From positions 51,584,001 to 51,648,000 of the forward strand of contig OZ024741.1 in NCBI GenBank assembly GCA_964016885.1: 64,000 bases of DNA. Direction: 5' to 3'. How positions within the stretch are numbered: position 1 is the stretch's first letter; each line of letters begins with the position of its first letter. Shown one piece after another: positions 43,085 through 52,543 of this stretch. Source of the stretch: Eledone cirrhosa (taxonomy: Eukaryota). The position numbers and the translations under genes are program-made. The notes below the pieces were generated by a model. The model did no database searches. It was not told the DNA's origin and was given only the letters and a program-made list of their open reading frames with translations.

Positions 43085-43590
43085 TAGAGTGGCACCATTG
43101 GTAGACAGAAAAAAAATGCCTTGTGGTGTTTAGTTACTTACTACCCCTCATGTTCAAATTCTTTTTTATTTATCCATGATCAATAAAATCAAATACTAGT
43201 CATATACTAGGGTCTGTTTGATTTAACTCATACTCTCTTGTTGTCTTGTACCTATTTTAGAAATTATTATTATAGGTTAGCTTTGCCTTTCATCGTTATG
43301 GGGTTGATAAAATAAAGTACCAGTAATGCACTGAGATTGATTTAATCGACTTTCCCCTCTTCCTTTCAAATTGCTGGCCTTGTGACTAAAGTAGAAACAA
43401 TTATTATGAAAGTAATAGTAATAATTAAGGTGGTGAATAGACAGTCATTAGAACACTGGATGTAATTTGTGGTATTCGTTCCAGTTTTCTGCTCTCTCAG
43501 TTCAATTCTTGCCAAGATCAACTTCACCATTCGTCCATTCGAGATAGATAAAAAAAAAAAGTACCAGTCTAGTACTGGGGTTGATTCTTC
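43085..43590 (+). mobile_element. Cluster of degenerate tRNA-derived SINE fragments
   Basis: GTTCAAAT/GTTCAATT B-box relics plus GATAAAATAAAGTACCAGT and CTGGCCTTGTG..AGTAGAAAC segments shared with the copies at 46034-46551. Confidence 0.65.
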
Positions 43591-43739
43591 CTCTATCTCT
43601 TTCTCACTTCCCCTCTCTCACTTTCTAATCCTTCTCTGGAAGAAATCTGCAAATATAAGCCAGACCAACTAGTCTGGCTTATATCCTCCCAAATTGAGAT
43701 TTTGGCTTAAGTTTAATATGTTTATATATATATAGTTTA

Positions 43740-43835
43740 AGGAAACGGAGAAACTAAGGTACAAAATATCTTATTAGTTTCACGCTTTATATGTGAAAGA
43801 GGAAAGAAAGTTCGACTTTAGCCCTTCTTCAGGAG
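43740..43835 (-). mobile_element. Penelope-like pLTR relic with degenerate hammerhead core
   Basis: Minus strand CTGAAGAAGGGCTAAAGTCGAAC shares CTGAAGAAGGGCT with the motif at 59286-59298 but lacks GAAAC-GT. Adjacent to (TA)n. Confidence 0.5.
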
Positions 43836-44100
43836 TATAAAAATAGAGACAGGATCACAAAGGATAGATACAGAAAATAAAAGGTAGTCCAAGTGAAAAA
43901 AAACTGAAAATAATGAGAGTAAACAAGACAAACTGTTAGGTAGCTTTGGTAACGATTTTGGAATGCAAAATGAAGAGTGTGTGTGTATTAGTGTCGATAT
44001 TATGTTTGAGTGTATGTGTATGTTTAAATGTGTTTGTTATTTTTAAGGTTTATTGTGTAAAATATCAAAGTTATATATATATCTGTTTAAATCTTTGTAG

Positions 44101-44230
44101 TTCACCCAACAAGAAGAACTGTGATGAAGTGACCCCTATCAGTAACCAGGATCACAAACCAGCAGTGACTAAGTCTCGCAAAACTTCCCCCGAAGTTGGC
44201 CTCACTATTAAAGTGGATAAATTCACATAA
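44101..44230 (+). CDS. USP40: USP40-like, last coding exon to stop
   Basis: atctttgtAG| phase 2 completes GAT; SPNKKNCDEVTPISNQDHKPAVTKSRKTSPEVGLTIKVDKFT*. The terminal PEVGLTIKVDKF resembles USP40 PETSLSIHVGSF. Confidence 0.85.
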
Positions 44231-44498
44231 AACCCTCAACATTTACATTTTATCACTCAAATCTTTCTTTGTTATTTGATTAATTTTTTTTTTCTAAGCC
44301 TCAATTTTCTCTTTTATTGGGATTTAATTTATATTTTAATTCTAAATACTTTGTCAATGATGATGATGAATGGAATGGACATCTTTCCCCCTCCCTTATA
44401 TATTCAGATTCTATTACAGAAGCTCAGTTTTGAGCTGGGATAAAATTGATTCTTTTTTTTCCCTGTGTCTCTCTAACACACTCTGTGTTTGAGCTGGG

Positions 44499-44568
44499 AA
44501 TAAATTCATCCTGTGTTTGCTGATGACCAAATAATTCTGATTTTTTCCAAATCATATTTTTTAATAAA
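44499..44568 (+). promoter_or_regulatory. Candidate polyadenylation signals of the USP40-like gene
   Basis: AATAAA at 44499-44504 and 44563-44568 (another at 44785-44790), downstream of the stop codon in an AT-rich 3'UTR. Confidence 0.4.
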
Positions 44569-45165
44569 ACGAAAATATATATATATAAATATAAAGAAAT
44601 TAATGTGGAGAAAAATAACAGGAGAATCCTAGAGAGGTCATATCTCTCTCTCTGTTTGTGCTTGTGTCAAGCATATCATATCCACTTGGATAAGATTTTT
44701 AGAGGAAGTATTTTGGGGTTGGATGTATTTTCTGATGCCAAGATTTATATATGTATATGCAACGGAGTTGAAACACTAGAGAGAAATAAAACATTTGTTC
44801 CAGTAGATGTGTAATGTCAGCGTGCATAAATAACGTAGTATAAGAGAGCTGAGAGAAAAATAGACATAAAAGGAATCAAATGTATTGTGCAAGACAAATG
44901 ACTGTGCTTATATGTGTACATAATGGCAACTGTGTATATATATATATATATATAATTGTTTCTACTTTTGGCACAAAAGTATATATGTGTGTGTGTGTGT
45001 GCGTAATGACAGCTGTGTATATGTATATAATGTGTACATAACAACTGTATATATATATATGTGTGTATAATGACAGCTGTGTATATATGTGTGTATAATG
45101 ACAGCTGTGTATATATGTGTATGTATATATAAGTGTACATAACGACAACTGTATATATGTATGTA

Positions 45166-45845
45166 TATCATCATCACCGTTTTACGTCCGTTCTTCCACG
45201 CTAGCATGGGTTAGACGGGTTGTCCTGTTGTGGGCAGTGTCTGGTCGGCTGACCATGCCTTGCTCATACAGGAACTGATTTGGCTTGATTTCTACAGCTG
45301 GATGCCCTTCCTAACACCAACCTCATTTACAGTGAGTGCTGGGTGCTTTTTCGTGGCGCCTACACGTCCACTTTACAGTGTGGGCTGGGTGCTTTTTTGC
45401 CGTGGCACCTCCACGACCACCTTGCGGTGGGGGGTGTGGGGGCATCCCAGGTCATCTTGGGTCTCCCCACTCCGCGGTTTCCATCAACTTCTAGTGCTCT
45501 GCACCTTTTTATGCAGCTGTCATCCTTCATACCAACGCAACCGCCTCTCCTGCACACAGCATTTGATTCCTCTTATGCTCAGTCTCTCTCTCAATTCATT
45601 TATGCTTTGTCGTTCACATTTATGCTTTGTTGTCCATCGGAGCATGCAGGCTTCATTTCTCTCTAATCTACGTAAGTCTTCCACCTTCAGCGCCCAGGTC
45701 TCACTACCATGCAACATCGCTGTTCGGATACACGCATCATACAGTCTGCCTTTCATTCTGAGGGAGAAGCCTTTTGCAGCTAGCAGTGGTAGTAGTTCCC
45801 TAAACTTATTCCATCCCGTTCTTACCCTAGTTATTGTACTTTCTG

Positions 45846-45848
<3 letters not shown>
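45166..45848 (-). mobile_element. RTE-clade LINE 3' fragment with SINE-type tail
   Basis: ORF segment RVRTGWNKFRELLPLL...LYDACIRTAMLHGSETW...RRLRWY, typical of the RTE ORF C-terminus. Tail ends in (ATG)n. Confidence 0.9.
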
Positions 45849-45892
<44 letters not shown>

Positions 45893-46033
45893 CGTGTGTG
45901 TATGACAACTCTACATATATGTGTATATAATGACAGCTGTATATGTGTGTACATAATGACAGCTGTATATATATATATATGTGTGTGTGTGTGTATGACA
46001 ACTACATATACAGCTGTCATTATATACACATCT

Positions 46034-46112
46034 ATCCTTACGGGGTCGATAAAATAAAGTACCAGTAATACACTGGGTAATTGCTGGCCTTGTGCCTAAA
46101 GTAGAAACAATT
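46034..46112 (+). mobile_element. SINE family A, partial copy inverted relative to its neighbour
   Basis: Reverse complement of 46136-46216. Confidence 0.8.
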
Positions 46113-46135
46113 ATATACACATCTATGTGTGTACA

Positions 46136-46326
46136 TAATTGTTTCTACTTTTGGCACAAGACCAGCTATTATCCCAGTGCATTACTGGTACTTCATTTTA
46201 TTGACCCCGTAAGGATGAAAGGCAAAGTTAACCTCGATGGGATTTGAACTCAGACTGTAAAGGGACGTAACTCTGCTGGAAAGCATGGTGTCAGATGCTC
46301 TACCGATACTGCCAATTTACCACCTT
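46136..46326 (-). mobile_element. tRNA-derived SINE family A
   Basis: Minus-strand B-box GAGTTCAAATCCC; ~190 bp; highly similar to the copies at 46362, 48229 and 56569. Confidence 0.85.
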
Positions 46327-46361
46327 GTGTGTATATGATGACAGCCATATATGTATGTATA

Positions 46362-46551
46362 TAATTGTTTCTACTTTAGGCACAAGGCCAGCAATTACCC
46401 AGTGCATTACTGGTACTTTATTTTATCGACCCCGTAAGGATGAAAGGCAAAGTCAGCCTCGGCGGGATTTGAACTCAGATGGTAAAGGGACGTAACTATG
46501 CTGGAAAGCATGGCGTCCGACCCTCTACCGATACTGCCAATCCACCGCCCT
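46362..46551 (-). mobile_element. tRNA-derived SINE family A
   Basis: Same family, full length, B-box present. Confidence 0.85.
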
Positions 46552-46638
46552 TGTATGTATATAATGACAGCTGTATATATGAGTCATCATCATTTCATTT
46601 CCGCTTTTCCCTGCTTGCAAGGGTGGGACGGGAACTGA

Positions 46639-46676
<38 letters not shown>

Positions 46677-47689
46677 ACAGCTGTATATATGTGTGTACAT
46701 AATGTCAACTGCATATATATATATATGTATGTATAATGACAGCTATATATATATGTGTGTGTATGTATATAATGACAGCTGATGGGACCCATGGAAGAGG
46801 CAAATCAAGGTAGGTGTGATGAAGTGATAAAATCTAACCTCCGGGAGGCTAAACCTCATATTGAAGATGACAAAAGGACAGATGATTGGTGAAGATAACT
46901 TGCCCAGTAGGATAAGTGAGACACCCAATATGCCCCTATTAACTCCACCCTTCATTTCTACTATACTGCTCCCTACATTCTTTACTTCTCCATCTATCTA
47001 CTATTACACTCTGTGCTAAAAACATGTAGGGAGGTGTGAAATTTACCCCACCACCACTCTATTGTTATCTCATCATCTCTGCTCTTCCACTTTTTCATAC
47101 ATTAATCCTCTAAATTTCATCATATCACAGTTTCACTTTATTACACTTGTCATACATCTCAGCACCTATGCAATAGAACAGGGCTCCCTCTCCTGTCCTC
47201 AGTATTAGTGGTACTTGCCATGTGATGGTTGACATCTAACCAGTAGCAAGCTGAGGAATAGTAGTGGGTATGAGTTCTCATTGCTTAAAATAACCTCTTG
47301 TAACTCCTGGCCTTCTCATATGTTTTAACTTACAATCCCGGTGGAACTGTCCCTACTGACAGAGAGGTCCTGGCACCTTCAAACCAGTGCTCCAGGTAGA
47401 TGGAAATACACTGTTCTCCATGACTGACAATCTAAAAGAAGGCAAACTCCCATCTTAAATCTCTGCTGCGTTGCAGTCATACACACTTATAGGAAAGGCT
47501 TTGGGAGTAACCTCTGATGATAAACCTGGAGCCGAAGTCCCTATAGCTGACTGATGTTATATCCAACCTCATTCTGGCATCTCCTGTGATGACATTGGTT
47601 CTATCAGCCCCTACCTTTCCCTTGGTGGTGAGGAGAGGGGAGACATGCAGCATGGGCAACTGTTGATCTCTCACAAAAGTCATCTAGGT

Positions 47690-47940
47690 CATAAGAATTA
47701 AAGACTGATTGTCCACAGAATCTTCCATATGCTGATGATCTAGCCATCATAGCAGATTCTGTAGAATCTAGTTTTGGTAAGTAGGAAAGAAAATATGTCC
47801 TGCTATCATCAGGCTGTTTAAAATGGGCTGAGATGGTTAGAGCTGATCTCAAATCACAGACTCACAGTGGAGAAATGGTGTGTTGAAAAGGACCTGCCCA
47901 ACCCATGCAAGCATGGAAACATGGACATTAAAACTATGAT
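47690..47940 (+). mobile_element. Internally deleted RTE relic
   Basis: ELKTDCPQNLPYADDLAIIADSVE (YADD motif) followed by the RTE tail ACCCATGCAAGCATGGAAA and (ATG)n. Confidence 0.75.
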
Positions 47941-48228
47941 GATGAGAATGATAATGATGATGATTATAATGACAATAATGGTGATGATGGACAGGGAGCA
48001 AGAAATTGTAGTTGTATGACAATGAGGCTGTCTGATGCACAAGTGTAGTCAGCAATCTGATTGGCATTTGATTAGACTAGTTACGCCTCTCCCCTTATTC
48101 CCCCACCTCTATTATTTGGGACCTGAGAGTAGTTGAAAAGGAATGTGTCTAAAGCAGAGAGACTTGGATTAAACTGGCATTTTAAAGAGTCAAGTACAGT
48201 TGTATGTTATGTGTTTGTTTAAATAGTA

Positions 48229-48537
48229 GTTTCTGATTTAGGCACAAGGCCAACACATTTTTTGGGAAAGGAAAGTCGCTTAAATCGACCCCGTAAGGAT
48301 GAAAGGCTAGGCTAACCTTGGTGGGATTTGAGCTCAGATGGGAAAGGGACGTAACTCTGTGCTGCCAGGTATGGTGTCTGACGCTCTACTGATACTACCA
48401 ATCCACTGCCCTTATGTTTAAATAATTGTTTCTACTTTAGGCACAAGGCCAGCAATTACCCAGTGCATTACTGGTACTTTATTTTATCGACCCCGTAAGG
48501 ATGAAAGGCAAAGTCAACCTCGGCGGGATTTGAACTC
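48229..48537 (-). mobile_element. Two tandem SINE family A copies (48229-48412 and partial 48422-48537)
   Basis: Shared GACCCCGTAAGGATGAAAGG...GGGATTTGA segment. Confidence 0.85.
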
Positions 48538-48724
48538 TTATGTTTAAATAATGAAGTATTTATAGTTGAAGAAAATCATGTATAAGGTTGAAAAAGTTTG
48601 GAGGAAGTTGTCAACCACAGAGGCTCTGAATCAGGTCTGTCTCTTTCCTCCTCTATTGACAGATAGTGTACAATTTTCAGGTCTGATGAAATTCCATCAG
48701 ATATGATAAGGATAATGAAAATTA

Positions 48725-48985
48725 TTGTGTTCAGTGCTCAGGTGCACTACAACTCATCAAATGTGCATGTATAGTATATAGAATAATGTACAAATGTCAG
48801 GAAAGTGAACAGTGTATGAGTCATACACACGCACGCGTATGGAGGGGGAATATCAGATGTAGTGTTGGCGAATTTCAGGAAGTTTTGAAGGATGCAGTGT
48901 CCCGACAGCTAATAACTGATGCAGATAGTTTGTTTCCTGCTTCAGCAACTTTGAGCGTGAAAAACTGTTTCCAAAAGTCATATAT
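48725..48985 (-). mobile_element. CR1/L2-type LINE 3' relic
   Basis: Minus strand FFTLKVAEAGNKLSASVISCRDTASFKTS* resembles the CR1/L2 ORF2 ending FF.RVV.AWN.LP..VV....SFK. Confidence 0.6.
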
Positions 48986-49332
48986 GAACTCTATTAAAAA
49001 CTTGAATCTGATATTGATATGAAACCAGATAATTATGTTAACTAATGTGTCATATCATTAAGCAATTATATAGCATTTCGTACGAGTGGGTGCTGAAAAG
49101 TTCCTGGGGAATATGTTGAATAAAATCATAATTAACTGATCCTCCTGTATTTTCTTTTACTCCCTTGTATATAGAGAAACACATATATAGCTGTAAGTGT
49201 ATATGTAGAAACTCAAACATAAGTGTATATGTTTTTGTAGACACCCATATAGGCAAATCTGTACATGTGATGTGAACAGCAAATGGTAGTGTATATTGGC
49301 AGGAGTAATACATTAGAGAAATCTGTAAATTA

Positions 49333-49431
49333 CAGGGTGTCTCTCAAAATTGTATACATATGTCAACAGCATTCTAATAAATATTGACTACAGGTAGTCA
49401 AAGTGTGTATACATATTTTGGGGATACCCTG
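49333..49431. mobile_element. Tc1/mariner-type MITE (~99 bp)
   Basis: TA|CAGGGTGTCTCTCAAAAT ... ATTTTGGGGATACCCTG|TA terminal inverted repeats with TA flanks; internal hairpin TTGACTAC-AG-GTAGTCAA. Confidence 0.75.
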
Positions 49432-49469
49432 TATTTTAAAATCTGCAATAACAACAAAACAACAATAAA

Positions 49470-49475
49470 TTTATT
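49470..49475 (-). promoter_or_regulatory. Likely polyadenylation signal of the peroxidase gene
   Basis: AATAAA on the minus strand ~85 nt after the stop codon. Confidence 0.55.
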
Positions 49476-49560
49476 TGTTTTAGGTTAAATATTCAGAAGA
49501 GATTTAAAAATAAAAGATTGTTATATGAAAGTTAATGGCATCGTTTAACCCATTCACGAT

Positions 49561-49648
49561 TTAGTAGTTTGCAGTTGATTTGTAGCTGATTCCTTGCCAG
49601 AATTTGTGATCAAATCCCTCTAAATGCCTTCGTCTCACAAGGTGGTTC
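49561..49648 (-). CDS. Animal heme peroxidase, last coding exon
   Basis: ttctctctttatAG| phase 2 matches the previous exon; (T)NHLVRRRHLEGFDHKFWQGISYKSTANY*. Aligns by eye with the family ending N.LV.C..LP.LDL..W. Confidence 0.75.
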
Positions 49649-49694
49649 CTATAAAGAGAGAATTATGTCAATATTTTACACTTCATTATTTTAA

Positions 49695-51222
49695 AAGTTC
49701 AACAAAGAAGGATTCAACTGGCAGGCCACTGCATCGGACACAATGATGTGGTGGCAAACAAGTTGATGCTCTGGTAACCTACAGAGGGAGAACCTGTAGA
49801 GGAAAGAGAAAATGGTAGAAATTGTGGAGATGCTTGAGAAGAGACAAATAGATGTGTGATGTATGCAAAGGTGAGGTGGAGGGGTGTATCAACCAGACTC
49901 CTCACAAGCAAACTGTTTAGATATAAGTTATTCTTGGTATGAAATGATAATGGGGTAGGTGGAGTAGGCATTTTGCAAGTTATTGAGGTAGAATAAATGA
50001 CAGAATTATCAAGCTTAGAATAGTCATAGGCAATAAAAGGACAACAGTTATCTCTTGTATGCACCACAATTAGGAATAAGTAAAGAATAGAAAGACCATT
50101 TGTATGTAGACCTCTTACAGATGACAGCCCTCATCATATTGGGCAGTATTAAGACTAGGGAGGGGGCTATAAATATGGCTCAAGAAATGAAGAGGAATCA
50201 TGGTTCTAAAAAATTCAGTGATGCAAGTGACCAAATAATTTGCAACACTAACTTCAGGAAACCGAGTTTTAGTAAGTAGAAGTGAGGACAAAACTCTGAT
50301 TCCATTGGAGAAGTGACTGTGATCAATACTAGGTTGTGTTGAAAAGTTCCTGGTTTGGGGTAAAAGAAAATACAGGAGGACCAGTTAATTATAATTGTAT
50401 TCAACAATTTTCCCCTCTCAGATTCACACACTTACTGCAGCAGTCCTTCAGTTTTTCTAAGCCTTGTAAAAAGATGGTTGGGCCTCCAATTACCTTTTCA
50501 TGATACCCTTAAAGCCAGGAACTTTTCAATAGCCCCTTATATGTAGAAAAGGAGTAGGTAGGAACTCTATACAATGTATTTAAGGTGAGGGTTGCACAAC
50601 ACGAATAGTGTAGCAAGAGCAGCAGTGAAATAAACCTTTTCCAATCTCAGGAAGGTACCATAGAAGTAGTTGATAGTTTCTGTTACTTAGGTGACTTAAC
50701 AGTGGAGGGAGTTGCTCAGACAGCATAGTATCTAGAATAAGAACAGGTTGGGGAAAGTTTAAGGAGCTACTACCTTTGTTGACAACAAAAGAATTTTCTT
50801 TACAAGAAGGGTAGATTGTATGATGCCTGCAATGTTGCATGGCAGGTAAATGCAGAAGATATATGAAAACTGGAAAGAAATGGAACGAGCATGCTCCATT
50901 GGATGTGCAATGTTAGTGTACATAAGCAACAGGGATTGGATAAACTGAGAGAAAAGCTGGGTATAAGAGGAATCAGATGTAGTGTGCAAAAGAGAAAACT
51001 GCATTAGTTTGGATATGTGATGCATATGGATGATGAACACTGGGTGAAGAAGTGTCAGCTGATATCAGTGGAAGGAAGAAAAACCTGGGCAAAGGTGATT
51101 AGATCTGATCTTAAAATACTGAACTTCATAGAGGAGATGACAAAGAAATGGTATGAGTAGAGGGAGGCTGTGTTAGAAAGGACCTGTCCAACCCAAGTGG
51201 AAAAGGACATAAAAATGATGAT
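49695..51222 (+). mobile_element. Decayed RTE LINE fragments (endonuclease and C-terminal pieces)
   Basis: QRRIQLAGHCI (49702), GVGGVGIL...IIKLRIV, QIICNTNFRKP, EVVDSFCYLG, RIRTGWGKFKELLPLL; RTE-type tail at 51180-51222. Confidence 0.8.
50329..50539. mobile_element. Mariner-type MITE nested in the RTE relic
   Basis: TIRs GTTGAAAAGTTCCTGG / CCAGGAACTTTTCAAT with TA flanks. A solo end of the same family is at 49081-49107. Confidence 0.75.
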
Positions 51223-51269
51223 CAAAATGTGCATATATGTGAGTCTCGGGTTCAATCGGGGGTAACCAC

Positions 51270-51482
51270 AGTAAGTAAGGTACTCACTACATTAGTAGAG
51301 TGTATACAACAAATATAATATAGAAATAGCTTCTACAGGACTAGAACTTTCATTCAAAAGAAATTTTCAGTAAAACATACAAATACTATCGTATTACAAT
51401 GCAAGTCGGCTTTCCTAATGATTTCCTTCAAATAAAATAGTCTTAGTCCTCTAGAAGCCATTTCTATATAAATTTGTTATAT
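51270..51482. mobile_element. Foldback element, probably inverted Penelope-like pLTR relics
   Basis: Arms TATAGAAATAGCTTCTACAGGACTA / TAGTCCTCTAGAAGCCATTTCTATA (2 mismatches). Each arm continues into a decayed hammerhead-like core. Confidence 0.55.
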
Positions 51483-51524
51483 ATATATACTTCCTAGCAG
51501 GAAAAGCAGACATTAAAACAATGA

Positions 51525-51578
<54 letters not shown>

Positions 51579-51789
51579 TTCATTAAGGCTAAGTGATGAG
51601 TTGTTTCACTTGTGTACTTAGGATCAGCAAATATGAATGAATGTATATATGTCATAATCACACGTTAGCTCTAAGTATGTTTTTTTATTTGGTAGGCTTG
51701 GAGGAAAAGTGGTTATGTCCTTCATAGGCCCTCCAACACCAGAAAGATTGGTGCCATTGAAGTTCTACTTAAGCTATTGCAGCTTCACT

Positions 51790-51930
51790 TCTTTTATAGA
51801 GTTACTTCCTTGATAACAAAAGGTTTCTTCCTGCATACAAAATGATGACTGTATGGTAGTGAAACATGGGCAGTGACTGCAAAGGACATGAGTAGAATGG
51901 AGAGAAATGAAGCAACCATGCTTAGATCTA
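51790..51930 (+). mobile_element. RTE relic
   Basis: LYGSETWAVTAKDMSRMERNEATMLR. Confidence 0.7.
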
Positions 51931-52204
51931 TGGAGGCCAGGGGCACTTCAGATTTGGGGGATCCTTCATACACAAAAATTAGAATACACAGCAAACACCC
52001 CAATTTTACATATCACAATTAGCTTGGTGCAAGTAATTGGAATTGAAAAGTTACATACAGGGATTAAATTAAAAAATTCTAACCATCCTAAGACTAAAAA
52101 GCTCAGTTGAGGGCACAAATAAATTGCTATGGCCGTCACTGGTGGGGCCACTCACTGTAGGGGGCCCGGACAATTGCTTGCTTTGTCTCTCATTAAATAG
52201 GGTC

Positions 52205-52358
52205 CTACCCGTAATTTTAAGGGATCATCTGGAACTTTGTTGGGTAAAGTGTACCTGTAATTTTAAGGGATCAACTGGAAGCCTGTTGGATAGAGTGTAC
52301 CTGTAATTTTAAAGGATAAACTGTTAAATAGAGTGTACTTGTAATTTTAAGAGATCAA
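52205..52358. repeat. Degenerate ~37-46-bp tandem repeat (about 4 copies)
   Basis: Repeated AGTGTACCTGTAATTTTAAGGGATCA. Confidence 0.75.
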
Positions 52359-52543
52359 TTTGTTCCGCAATATTTTCTATTGATTCTCACTAAGAATTAC
52401 ATGAAGGTTAGTTAAGGTGTCTGTGGAATACTCAGCCACTTGTATGCTAATTCAATGAATAGGCCAATGTGCTGATTAAATAAGTGGAGCTCTTGTTATT
52501 GAAATACACAGAGACCATCATTGTCATCATCATCTTTTAACGT

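Larger units (their letters stand above)
44895..46780. repeat. Compound microsatellite/minisatellite (ATAATGACAGCTGT + TA/TG runs) interrupted by RTE and SINE insertions
   Basis: More than 10 copies of AATGACAGCTGT/AATGACAACTGT separated by variable (TA)n/(TG)n. Confidence 0.8.

Noticed and set aside
45230-46057. 275-aa plus-strand ORF
   Set aside because: Antisense of an RTE relic running into microsatellite.
42696-48700. Other CTGATGA words (42696, 47514, 48683) as hammerheads
   Set aside because: None is followed by a convincing stem II and GAAA.
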